A stretch of DNA of 64,000 nt from positions 43,315 through 107,314 of IMG/VR virus record IMGVR_UViG_3300021400_001327. One strand, given 5' to 3'. A program made the translations under genes and the position numbers. A model generated the notes under the pieces. It made no database searches and was not told the origin of the DNA. It was given only the letters and a program-made list of their open reading frames with translations. Position 1 is the first letter of the stretch, and every line of letters starts with the position of its first letter. The DNA comes from a virus (Duplodnaviria > Caudoviricetes). Shown here in pieces: positions 31,992-41,369 of the stretch.

Positions 31992-32381
31992 ATGGAAGTT
32001 AAAGACCCCGGAAATCTGCTGATACCATTTGATAAGGTTAAAGAACTGGTCCATGACAAACTTGTTAAAACACTCGACTTAAGGGCAGATGTTAACAGTG
32101 ATGTTCTCAGAGCATTGGAATTGTTCTTTCTCGAACTGGAGATGCAGCTCTATGTGGATGACATCTGGAACCCAGACTGGCGGCTCGATTACCTGGAGGG
32201 CGTCATCGATTTTGTAGAAGAAGCGAAATTGGTCACAAAAAAGCAGGCACAGTGGCTGCGCCAATACCATGACTGGATCGTCGGGAACGATGACATGTTT
32301 GGCGACGTGGAGGATTACAGGAAGGCACTCGGAATCAAAACCCCCATTCGATATCCGGAAAAAGAAGAAGACGCAGAATAA
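31992..32381 (+). CDS. Hypothetical protein (moron-like)
   Basis: AAAGGAGGT RBS, own promoter and terminator. Confidence 0.75.
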   Translation: MEVKDPGNLLIPFDKVKELVHDKLVKTLDLRADVNSDVLRALELFFLELEMQLYVDDIWNPDWRLDYLEGVIDFVEEAKLVTKKQAQWLRQYHDWIVGNDDMFGDVEDYRKALGIKTPIRYPEKEEDAE

Positions 32382-32408
32382 CAGAATATGAAAGGAGCCG
32401 CATAGCGG

Positions 32409-32439
32409 ACGCACGGTGAAAACTGTGCGTGTTTTTTTT
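32409..32439 (+). terminator. Intrinsic terminator
   Basis: ACGCACGGT-GAAA-ACTGTGCGT followed by T8. Confidence 0.75.
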
Positions 32440-33333
32440 ATTATGACGATAACGATGATTGTGGATGGCGTGGAACATAATGTCAACCTGAGCGAAGAGC
32501 AGGTGCAGCAACTGCTGGATACAGCGGGACGTCAGCCATATGCCCGTGTCGGGTACGGCGAGACGTATTACTATCTCGATAATCTTGGCGACGTCAAAAC
32601 GACGGACGACATTGAATCAAGTGCAGACGACAGGTTGTATGATTTTGGCAATTACTGGGCGAACAAGAAAACATGCGAGGATGATGCCAGAGCGGACATC
32701 TTGCTCAGACAGCTCCGTAGGTTCGCTATGGAGAACGGCGGTTACTTCGACAAAGACACAGACGACCTGATGTTGTCATGGTGTTTGGAACCGGCGGACA
32801 AGCCATCATTGAAAGAGGTGCGCATCTATAAGCGATACACGAGTCGCGTCGGAATGGTGGGCTTCGCTTCATGGGATGCTGCGCGAGACGCTTTAACGCA
32901 GTTCCGCGACGAAATCATCTGGTATCTGTACACCTACCTGCCGAGCAAGGAGATGAAATAATGGCGCTGATCAAGTATTCATGTGAAGTTTGTCACCGGC
33001 TCTGGGATACAGAGGAGCAGGCGGACGCCTGTGAAGCGACGCACAAAGGAGCGACCGAAATTCTGGAATGCCGTTACAAAAAGAAAGCGCAGCCGGAACT
33101 GTATCCCTCCAGCCTGCTGATGAAAATGGCGGACGGAAAACAAATCGTCTACTACATGGGACGGGCAGAGAAGCAGCCCACTACACCGCTCAAATATGAG
33201 TCTGTCCCCTACCCCACTGACCCGACTGGCGGACAGTAAAGGAATAGTAAATCGGATTAAGCGCCGACGGCGAGCGGCTATCCGATGCGGATTAAGAACC
33301 GCCAGTGAGCGGGCATCCGCGTGAAAGGAATAT

Positions 33334-34042
33334 TTGAAGTTAGGGAGTTTGTTCTCCGGGTCCGGCGGCTTTGAGTTCGCCGGACTTTTTTGTGGCATCA
33401 CGCCAAGTTGGAATTCCGAGATTTTGGGCTTCCCTCGTTCTGTAACGGATCGCTGGTTTCCAGACACAAAGCAGTTAGGCGACGTGACGAAGATTAAAGG
33501 GGGTGATGTTGAAGCGGTTGACCTGATTACATTTGGGTCGCCGTGTTAGCCAGGACCTCTCTATCGCCGGTAACCGTGCCGGAATCCATGATGGAACCAG
33601 AAGCTCACTGTTCTTTGAAGCGATCAGAATCATAAAGGAGATGCGCGATGCCACAAACAACCGGTATCCAAGGTTTGCAGTCTGGGAAAACGTTAGCGGC
33701 GCCTTTAGCTCCCACAATGGAGCAGACTTCCAAGCCGTCCTCGAAGCGTTCTGTCAGGTCGCAGGAACCGACATTCATGTACCTTTCCCTGAAGTCAACA
33801 AAGGAAGGTGGGCAAAAGCCGGAACCATCGTGGGAGATGGTTTCTCGATTGCCTGGCGTCTCTACAACGCCGTCGGTTGGGGCGTTCCCCAGCGTCGAGA
33901 GAGAGTCTTCCTTATCGCAGATTTTGGAAGTGAACGTGCCGGAGAAATACTATTTGACAGCGCGTGCGAGTCTTGGGATACTTCGGCGAGCATGGAAACG
34001 TGGAAAGAATTTGCCGGAAGTGTTAAACAACGCACTTGTTGA
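33334..34042 (+). pseudogene. dcm: C5 cytosine DNA methyltransferase, catalytic part (motifs I-VIII), disrupted by a 4-nt insertion at PC|Q
   Basis: FSGSGG, GSPC-TAG-C-QDLS, WENV, PQRRERVF. Confidence 0.75.
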
Positions 34043-35018
34043 GTGCATAAAAATTAGTGGTGATTGCTTTGGGCAGAAAGAAATTAGAGACGCCGGAAAA
34101 ATATTGCGAGAATTGTGGGAAGAAGTTGGAGAGAAGACCTTTAAAGAATGGATACTTAGAGCCATTATTTCACTTCAACAAGAGAAAATACTGTTCAATA
34201 CAGTGTTGCAGTGCTATGCAATCGAGGGAAAAGCTCCTGTGCCCACCAAAGACAGCAAAGACGAGCAGACAGAGGGCGAGAAAGATTGTAGAGCAGGGAA
34301 CGTGTGTGATGTGCGGGGCGCAAACACGGACAGAAGTGCACCATATAGATCACAATCCTATGAACAATACGCCAGAAAATTTGATGAGATTGTGTTCCAA
34401 GTGTCATCACGCCCAGCACAAAAACGACCGACAGAAACCTTTATGTGTTGTTTGCGGGGAGCCGCAGAAGGGGCACCATTTATGCTCAAAACACTGGCAA
34501 GCATGGAGAAAGAGCTTAAAAAGAGGATGGGATACAGAATACACATTGATGATAAAACAATGTTTGATAGATGCGGGGCTGTGAGCGTCTGGGATGCCCG
34601 TGGGAATGGCGACGGAGAGACTTCTCCTACCATCACAGGCGACCACAACAACAGGATCACCGACTACACCGCCGTCATTGTGGAATCGAAACCGAGCACC
34701 CACTACTTCTCTATGCAGCGCTTCGATGAATTCAAGGAGAGCGATGCGGCGTCCACCCTCAAACAGCGGGACTACAAAGACGTGACAGATATCGTGGTCG
34801 AGGAACGAGAACCAATACAGGAACGCAAGTACATCGTCCGGCGGCTGACGCCCACGGAAAGCCTGAGTCTTAATGGTTTGCCGAAATGGTGGTGCGATGA
34901 TGTGAAAGGCCGTTCGGATACAGCGGTATATAAGCTGTCCGGAAACGCAATAGCGATTCCGTGTGCTGTAGATGTGTTGGAAAAAATCGAACGGGCTTAC
35001 AGGAGAGATTTGAGATGA
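33648..35018 (+). CDS. C5 methyltransferase C-terminal/beta-type chain in an alternative frame (start uncertain)
   Basis: SLSQILEVNVPEKYYL; RRLTPTE..LNGLP and YKLSGNAI (motifs IX and X). Confidence 0.7.
   Translation: MPQTTGIQGLQSGKTLAAPLAPTMEQTSKPSSKRSVRSQEPTFMYLSLKSTKEGGQKPEPSWEMVSRLPGVSTTPSVGAFPSVERESSLSQILEVNVPEKYYLTARASLGILRRAWKRGKNLPEVLNNALVECIKISGDCFGQKEIRDAGKILRELWEEVGEKTFKEWILRAIISLQQEKILFNTVLQCYAIEGKAPVPTKDSKDEQTEGEKDCRAGNVCDVRGANTDRSAPYRSQSYEQYARKFDEIVFQVSSRPAQKRPTETFMCCLRGAAEGAPFMLKTLASMEKELKKRMGYRIHIDDKTMFDRCGAVSVWDARGNGDGETSPTITGDHNNRITDYTAVIVESKPSTHYFSMQRFDEFKESDAASTLKQRDYKDVTDIVVEEREPIQERKYIVRRLTPTESLSLNGLPKWWCDDVKGRSDTAVYKLSGNAIAIPCAVDVLEKIERAYRRDLR
34057..34584 (+). CDS. 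HNH endonuclease overprinted within the methyltransferase ORF
   Basis: CENC, KYCSIQC, CVMC..EVHHIDHNPMNN.PENLMRLCSKCH. Confidence 0.85.
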   Translation: MVIALGRKKLETPEKYCENCGKKLERRPLKNGYLEPLFHFNKRKYCSIQCCSAMQSREKLLCPPKTAKTSRQRARKIVEQGTCVMCGAQTRTEVHHIDHNPMNNTPENLMRLCSKCHHAQHKNDRQKPLCVVCGEPQKGHHLCSKHWQAWRKSLKRGWDTEYTLMIKQCLIDAGL

Positions 35019-35659
35019 ACAATTACAATTCAGGAGTAATGGATTTATGGCATGCACTGAAAATGGTTTGGCAGGAGATGCCGACCTCCGCCGTTTGCGG
35101 GATGTTTGGTTGGGGTGAGTCATACGATTTTGATTTCGATGATGTCCTTTGTGAAGATCCGATGACCATGATAACAAAGGTCAAGGAATACGAACAGAGA
35201 AAAAACCCGACAAAGAAACAGGTCATCGCGGCGCTGAAGTGCCTCGGCAACCCAGAGTCGGACTCGTGGGATTATAAGAAATGCTTAGAAACAGGGTGTC
35301 CGTTCGCCAGTAATGAGGATGGATGCGCGGCGCCTATCACACAAAGCCTCTTCAAGTATTTTCCAGAGCTTTGTGATGACGGCGCTGATAAACCTGTCAA
35401 AGCCCGCCCAATAAAAAAGCATGAGTTGTCGTTGTTGAAGCCCGGAGATAAGGTCTGGTGGACACTGTGTGATTGTGAACAGAAGCCGGATTGTGAGACT
35501 ATCACCTATATCAACAAGAACATCATACGCTATGAGCCCGGTCATGGATTTGACGTCGTCGATAATTACGCAAAGGAGAATGGTTTTATTCTGTGGTATG
35601 ACGAGCCAACAGAGGAAGACATCGACGGTGTCGATTTGAAAGGATTGCGCGATGACTGA
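35015..35659 (+). CDS. Hypothetical protein
   Basis: ATG overlaps methyltransferase stop (MNNYNSG). Confidence 0.6.
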   Translation: MNNYNSGVMDLWHALKMVWQEMPTSAVCGMFGWGESYDFDFDDVLCEDPMTMITKVKEYEQRKNPTKKQVIAALKCLGNPESDSWDYKKCLETGCPFASNEDGCAAPITQSLFKYFPELCDDGADKPVKARPIKKHELSLLKPGDKVWWTLCDCEQKPDCETITYINKNIIRYEPGHGFDVVDNYAKENGFILWYDEPTEEDIDGVDLKGLRDD

Positions 35660-35957
35660 TAACGGGATGCCTGACAGGGAGAAGGTTATCAGGGCCGTTG
35701 AAACTTGTTTTGATAGCTGGATTGATAAGCACCGGAACATAGGTCTTGATTTGCATGAAGTCGAGCGGTTGAAACGAGAAGCGCTGGAGATGCTGAAAGA
35801 GCAGGAAGCTGTTGAACCAAAACTTGTCGATGTAAACACATGGACTTGTGGTGAATGTGGTGCGTTGATCGGTTGGGAGGAATTTGCACAGTCAGGATTG
35901 GAACTGGTCAAGTACAAGTTCTGCACGGAATGCGGAAGGGCGGTGAAATGGGGATGA
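35652..35957 (+). CDS. Zn-ribbon protein
   Basis: WTCGEC...KFCTECGRAVKW; paralogue of 36460-36780. Confidence 0.7.
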   Translation: MTDNGMPDREKVIRAVETCFDSWIDKHRNIGLDLHEVERLKREALEMLKEQEAVEPKLVDVNTWTCGECGALIGWEEFAQSGLELVKYKFCTECGRAVKWG

Positions 35958-36931
35958 CATATTCTTCGATTGAAAAAATCCGACCGAAAGCGAGTATCCA
36001 ATGGGACAATGGCAACGACGGGCGGGATGGGCGTTATTATATCGAATATCGCTGCCCCGTGTGCGGTCGAAGGATATTCTATTATGGGCGCGATAACGCA
36101 TGTGATCAGTGCGGAACATTTTACGATTGGGGAAAGCGTGAACCAGTCATCGAAATAACGAGGTGCGTGAAATGGGATGAGTGACCAATATAATACAGAC
36201 GGGATAATGGTTTTCCAAAAGGCAAGTCAAAGACCTGTAACAGATAACGCCTTTGAAAGCATTGAACGCGCAATAGCGTTTGACGTGAGAGACTGGTCTC
36301 AAGACCGGAGAAGTGCATGGATCTATGCCATCGTGTTCGGCTGGGAGTACGAGGACGCCTGGGATGAAGTGGCTAAGAAATTCGGCTGGGATGAAGAAGA
36401 CCGTAAAAGAGCACGCTCACTGCATGTGCAATGGGAAATGGCAAAGGCGGTGAAGTGGGATGCCTGACCGGGAAAGGGTCATTTACGATCTTGAACGATG
36501 TACGTGCCACGTTCCGGACGCTTGCCGGGATTGCTCAAAATACGCCAGCGGAACCGTGATGAAATGCATGGAAAGCCTGATGATGGACGCGTTGGAACTG
36601 CTGAAAGAGCAAGAACCAGTTAAACCAACAGTCAACGTTGATACTTGGATTTGTTCCGAATGCGGTCATACATTAGAAAGTCAAGAACTTATTGATGACA
36701 ATGAGAATCCTCAGGTGCTTATCCATGAGCAATATAATTATTGCCCGAACTGCGGAAAGGCGGTGAAGTGGGATGAGTGAATACACAGGAGGGCCGCTTG
36801 ACAGATTAGCCGATTTGTTCATGAGAGCACTGAGAACGGATGACCCTCAAACGAAAGCCAATTTAATCAATGAATGGAACGAAGAAATCAAGTTTATCAA
36901 TTCTGTATTAAAAGGATGGTGAAGTGTGATG
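35936..36931 (+). repeat. Five copies of junction motif AAGGCGGTGAAGTGGGATG
   Basis: Near 35936, 36161, 36443, 36756, 36911; each overlaps a gene end and the next ATG. Confidence 0.75.
36460..36780 (+). CDS. Zn-ribbon protein
   Basis: WICSEC...YCPNCGKAVKW. Confidence 0.7.
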   Translation: MPDRERVIYDLERCTCHVPDACRDCSKYASGTVMKCMESLMMDALELLKEQEPVKPTVNVDTWICSECGHTLESQELIDDNENPQVLIHEQYNYCPNCGKAVKWDE

Positions 36932-37131
36932 AATGAGTACAAAGAAGGACAGTATATCATTTACCAGAACGGCGATAGATTCGAGATCGGGAAGATCAAG
37001 CGCCTCACGCCGACCGGCGCGTTTGTATGGTACTCATGCGGTGATACTGCTGCAAATACCCCGTATGACTGTATGCACCCGATCCAGAATGCTTATGTGA
37101 TCGGCGAGACAGGGCTTGGAGGGTGTATGAC

Positions 37132-37518
37132 ATGAGGCTGATTGATGCGGATGCACTGAAAAAGGAATGGAGCATGGGCCTTGGATCATGTAATGATTGC
37201 CCACAGAACACGAGAAGATGTCAATTAGACATGGATTTTACGCGAATGGATATTTGCGGGATGATTGACGATGCTCCAACCGTTGGCGGCTGGATCAGCG
37301 TTAAGGACAGATTGCCGGAAACACGTCATGCTGTACTTGTGTACACGCCGCATTATAAAAACATATGGGCGGCTTCAATGCACGAAGACGGGAATTGGTG
37401 TATATGGTCACCACACAGCGGAGTATATTTGGACCCAGATTGGCACGGGCCGATCACCCATTGGATGCCGCTGCCAGAACCTCCAAAAAGCTTAAATAGG
37501 AGTTTATATTATGGATAA
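37132..37518 (+). CDS. DUF551-domain protein
   Basis: MRLIDADAL, WISVKDRLPE, ITHWMPLPEPP. Confidence 0.75.
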   Translation: MRLIDADALKKEWSMGLGSCNDCPQNTRRCQLDMDFTRMDICGMIDDAPTVGGWISVKDRLPETRHAVLVYTPHYKNIWAASMHEDGNWCIWSPHSGVYLDPDWHGPITHWMPLPEPPKSLNRSLYYG

Positions 37519-38110
37519 TTGCCCTATCTGTAAGTTGAAAATTGGCGAAAAAACAGTTCAAAGTCCAATTGCGCCGTCCCTGTGTTGGCTTGAAACAAGT
37601 CGAAGTAAAAACGGATATATCATTATGAAATTTGGATATGGCGACGATTATGAACACATTTTCTATAGCCCGCGGTATTGTCCAGAGTGCGGGAAGAAAA
37701 ATGAGCCAGTTACCTAAATAGGAGTTTTGAACATGACCCGTAGAAACACATTTATACCGTTAGAAATTCAATGCTTCTGGTGTAACGGGCAAATGGAAAG
37801 AGGGACGGTTATATCTGGTGAACTCAATTGCGTGACGTATTTTTGCGAGCGATGTGGTGGAGTATCACACTTCGCAGTAAATGACAAGCAGAGAATAAGC
37901 AGTATTGAAGTTGAGTATAAATCGCCAGACAAAGGGACTCAAATAGGAGGATAAGCGCGATGGATTGTCCGTGGTATTTAGGGTTTCAGGCCACAGAAGA
38001 ATGCCTCAAAACATGCACCATCACAGAAGAAAACCGGGATTATTCGATATGCCCCGAAAGCACCAGCGAAGATGATGTTTATATGGACATGGCTTAAAAT
38101 AGGAGTTTGT

Positions 38111-38209
38111 ATGATATATCACTTGAGCTGTCCATATTGCTTCCATCTTTGGTGGAGTAAAAATGGATTTCCTAAAAGATGTCCAAAGTGTAGAAAACAA
38201 CTTAAATAA
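38111..38209 (+). CDS. 32-aa Zn-ribbon cassette protein
   Basis: CPYC...CPKC between two sites. Confidence 0.6.
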   Translation: MIYHLSCPYCFHLWWSKNGFPKRCPKCRKQLK

Positions 38210-38537
38210 CACTATTGATGGGTGGGTAAGATGAAAGCCAAACAGTATTTTGAAAAATACGGGGAATCAATCTGGAAAGAAGCCAACGAGCCCGATGTTC
38301 ATACTGATGGGCCGATAGCACAGATGTTCATCGAATTCGCATCTGAAATGAAAGAGATTATAACCCGCAGAAACGCGAAAACCGATAATGCGGTAATGGC
38401 TATCATTTCAGAACAGAACCAAAAATGGAATTCAGTTGTCAATATGTTTGTGAAGCAATATGGAATTTCACCGATTTCAAGAGATGGATTCGCAAAAGGA
38501 TTCAAACAACAGCTTGGAATTTAAATAGGAGTTTAGA

Positions 38538-38768
38538 ATGGCTGATTATCACGTTGGTGCTGGCGAAATAACTGGAGAAATCTATGCTGGCGTGTTGTCG
38601 AAAGACGGCAAATCATGGAGAAACCGTTCGATTGTAACTGATGCGGCAATCTGTGCTGTACGGGATCATCTCATCAATCAAATGAATCAAAGCAATCAAG
38701 ATTGGTTTGGTTATGAGTGGTCACGAAAAGACGGCAAGAAGGTCGTATTGAGCATTGCAGTCAAATAA
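38538..38768 (+). CDS. Cassette protein (copy 1 of MADYHVG...)
   Basis: Near-identical to 57764-57994. Confidence 0.8.
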   Translation: MADYHVGAGEITGEIYAGVLSKDGKSWRNRSIVTDAAICAVRDHLINQMNQSNQDWFGYEWSRKDGKKVVLSIAVK

Positions 38769-39159
38769 TTTAAATCGGAGTTTATAGCATGAAAGCAATT
38801 ATAAAATTTACCGCCTGTCTTGAATGTGATATTGATGACAAACTTCGAGACAAGATAGTTTCGAAAGATGAACAGGTCAAACAGCTAAAAAGCCTGTTAA
38901 CGGAAGAATGCGATTGCGAGCAAGTTGAAATAAGCGAGTATCACGTAGAACTCAAATAGGAGTTTAAGCAATGAAGCGAACACCACAAAATTGCACGGTT
39001 GCTGATAGAGTTTATTCCCGCGATGGACATGATAGGTACGTTGGCGATAAATGTGCTGGTGTACGGATTGCTGTTGGTTGGGATGGCGATGAGCCGATTG
39101 ATACTTGTAAAAAATGCAAGTATTTCTATATGTTTGATGAGGATGAGGAAACTTAAATT

Positions 39160-39726
39160 ATGGATTTAGGAGCCTACGCACAGATTGAAAATATTAGCAA
39201 AATCATGACAGACAACGGAATCGCTGTTCCAAGACTGCGCGGACTCAGGCTGATGAGTCAGGAAAAAGCAATTTCTACAGACGAAATTTCAGAGTCTGCC
39301 AATCAATTGGGCCTACAAGAATGTGAAGCTCTCTGCGAGTCAGACTTCCGACTAAACGCACACATTTTCGAATGTTCAAATAGAACCCGCCGGATCAGGC
39401 GAAAATATCTGAAGTATGACGATGATCAATTCACGCCTGTCGGAGTTAGATGGGATCACATCCATGGCAAAAAGCGCAAGAAGTTCAAGTACGTTATCAA
39501 AGCCGCTTATCAGCGTACGCGTGAACAGCTTGAATTATTCAATCGCTATTGCGGCAGGCCTGATGTTCTCTACATCCACGCAAGAATCGGTGGCGGAAAC
39601 TGGCCGTATTACTGTAACGAGGTAAAGAATCAGCCGTGGTTCATCTGCAAAATCGACGATGCCTTTGATTCCACCTACTGCGACATTTACGCCGCGATCA
39701 AACCGCCGGAGGAGAGCCATGGCTGA
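39160..39726 (+). CDS. Hypothetical protein
   Basis: 188-aa ORF, YIHARIGG, DSTYCDIYA. Confidence 0.7.
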   Translation: MDLGAYAQIENISKIMTDNGIAVPRLRGLRLMSQEKAISTDEISESANQLGLQECEALCESDFRLNAHIFECSNRTRRIRRKYLKYDDDQFTPVGVRWDHIHGKKRKKFKYVIKAAYQRTREQLELFNRYCGRPDVLYIHARIGGGNWPYYCNEVKNQPWFICKIDDAFDSTYCDIYAAIKPPEESHG

Positions 39727-39877
39727 CGAAGAAAGAGAGCAGAAGATTCATGAAGCGCTTCATGTCCACCATGACAAGGTAAAAGAAAAATACCATACGG
39801 TTATGACTGTTCCTTGTGGAAGCCAGAACTATAGGCTGGATACGGAAAGCAGTGATTATGACACTTTAGGAGCTTAG
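39719..39877 (+). pseudogene. Truncated nucleotidyltransferase fragment
   Basis: GSQNY.LD...SDYDT, then stop within a TTTAGGAGCTTAG site-like sequence. Confidence 0.6.
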
Positions 39878-40559
39878 AGGAGTAAAAATGGCACAGATAA
39901 AGACTTTTCCAAGGGACTGTACGAAAAAATGCCCACACTATAAAACGTGGGATATGTCCGTGGACGACTGGACATCATACTGCGATTTGCTGAAAGAGCA
40001 GGTTGATGATTGCGACGAGGATTACATTCGGTTTCGTTGTCCGCTGGATGCAACTGTGGAATATGCAGACCAACCAACATTGCAACCAGCGACTTAAATT
40101 GAACCAAAGTCAACGAAAGGAGCTCGCGAGATATGTTGGAACGATTCTACAGATTCAGACACAAGCTATTCGATCTGATCGAGAAGGTGGATGATGGATA
40201 TCATAAGAGCTATGAAGGAGCGATGGAAGTACGGTTCCACTACCCAAACATATTTGAAGATGAACCGGTAGAGAAGGTCGACTTTGTAGAAATCGAAGTG
40301 CATTGCTATCTGCTGATAAACGGACGGCACATCACGTTTGAGGGCAAGACGTTCGACGATGCTTTGGATAAAGCAGAAGCGTGGCTTGAGCGTGTGACGG
40401 AAGAGGAAGGTTTCTGATAATGATTCCACTGCTGCTCATTGGTTTTCTTCTTGTCGTTGTTGCTGGCGTCTGGCTGTTGATTATGACGGACGAAGAAGCG
40501 TTCTGGTTATCAACGACGTTGCGGTCGCACGAGTCTGACTGATTCAAAAGGAGACAGAA

Positions 40560-40904
40560 ATGGTGATCAATCCATCTACAGTTTATTGGATGAACGTGCT
40601 GTGTCATGTGCGGGAAATCGTACAGGTACTGATGATATCGTCTGCTATTTTTTGCACGATATCGCTTATATGTGGTTGGATAATCGATGACGAACAAGAA
40701 AAGGCATGGTGTCGGACCTTTGCCTGCATTATGGCTATCATCTGCCTCGTTATGATTTTCCTATACATATTCATACCGGATAAACAGACCCTGGCAGAGA
40801 TCATGCTGGCCAAACACATCCGTGTTGATGAGACTGGGTGGACCCCAAAGCTGGTAAGAGAGACAGCGGATTACGTCGTCAAGGCGTTCAAGCAAATCAA
40901 GTGA
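40560..40904 (+). CDS. Membrane protein
   Basis: Two hydrophobic helices. Confidence 0.65.
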   Translation: MVINPSTVYWMNVLCHVREIVQVLMISSAIFCTISLICGWIIDDEQEKAWCRTFACIMAIICLVMIFLYIFIPDKQTLAEIMLAKHIRVDETGWTPKLVRETADYVVKAFKQIK

Positions 40905-40912
40905 GGTGTGTT

Positions 40913-41365
40913 ATGAAGATAATCGATTTTGAGAAGAAAGGGAATGTCGTCAGGTTCTACCTCGGTCAGGATAATCTGGAAGACTGGTACGGCGATGACT
41001 GGAATGACAGGCCATACGAGTACAACGCCGGAACTGTGTACGATGAGTTTCTTGCTGGATACAGAGATATCGCGTTCGATTTTGACTCGGTTGTTCTGGA
41101 GCCAAAGGATGACTATGAAAACCGCGGCAATTCAAAGTACTGTAAAGACGATATGCGGAACAGGGATGTGCCGTGCATCATTGTTGTGCCTGACGATGTT
41201 ATTGAGGACAATTGTTGTAGGGATGAATTCAATAGGTACGTTGGCAGCGACCGTGTAACAAAATTCTACTTTGGCGACAGGATGGAGCCTGACTATGTAT
41301 ACGATGCTCCACCGAAGCGTGATGAAAACTATAGGCTGATCGCAAAACCGGCCAACGGGGGTTGA
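40913..41365 (+). CDS. Hypothetical protein (MKIIDFEKKGNVVRFYLG)
   Basis: GAGGTG RBS; YGDDWNDRPYEYNAG. Confidence 0.7.
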   Translation: MKIIDFEKKGNVVRFYLGQDNLEDWYGDDWNDRPYEYNAGTVYDEFLAGYRDIAFDFDSVVLEPKDDYENRGNSKYCKDDMRNRDVPCIIVVPDDVIEDNCCRDEFNRYVGSDRVTKFYFGDRMEPDYVYDAPPKRDENYRLIAKPANGG

Positions 41366-41369
41366 TAAA

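Larger units (their letters stand above)
20543..33239 (+). other. Cluster of about 35 small early genes, mostly hypothetical
   Basis: Tightly packed ORFs with AAAGGAGA RBS; includes paralogues 24807-25172 and 26966-27337. Confidence 0.8.
37492..39169 (+). repeat. Mini-cassette array 1 delimited by (T)TAAA-TAGGAG-TTT(A) sites
   Basis: Sites at 37492, 37714, 37939, 38095, 38202, 38521, 38770, 38952, 39153; one small ORF between each pair. Confidence 0.8.

Noticed and set aside
33547-33549. TAG stop-codon reassignment
   Set aside because: Read-through would not restore the frame (4-nt insertion). Long genes are intact under code 11, and TAG ends genes at 30585 and 38959.
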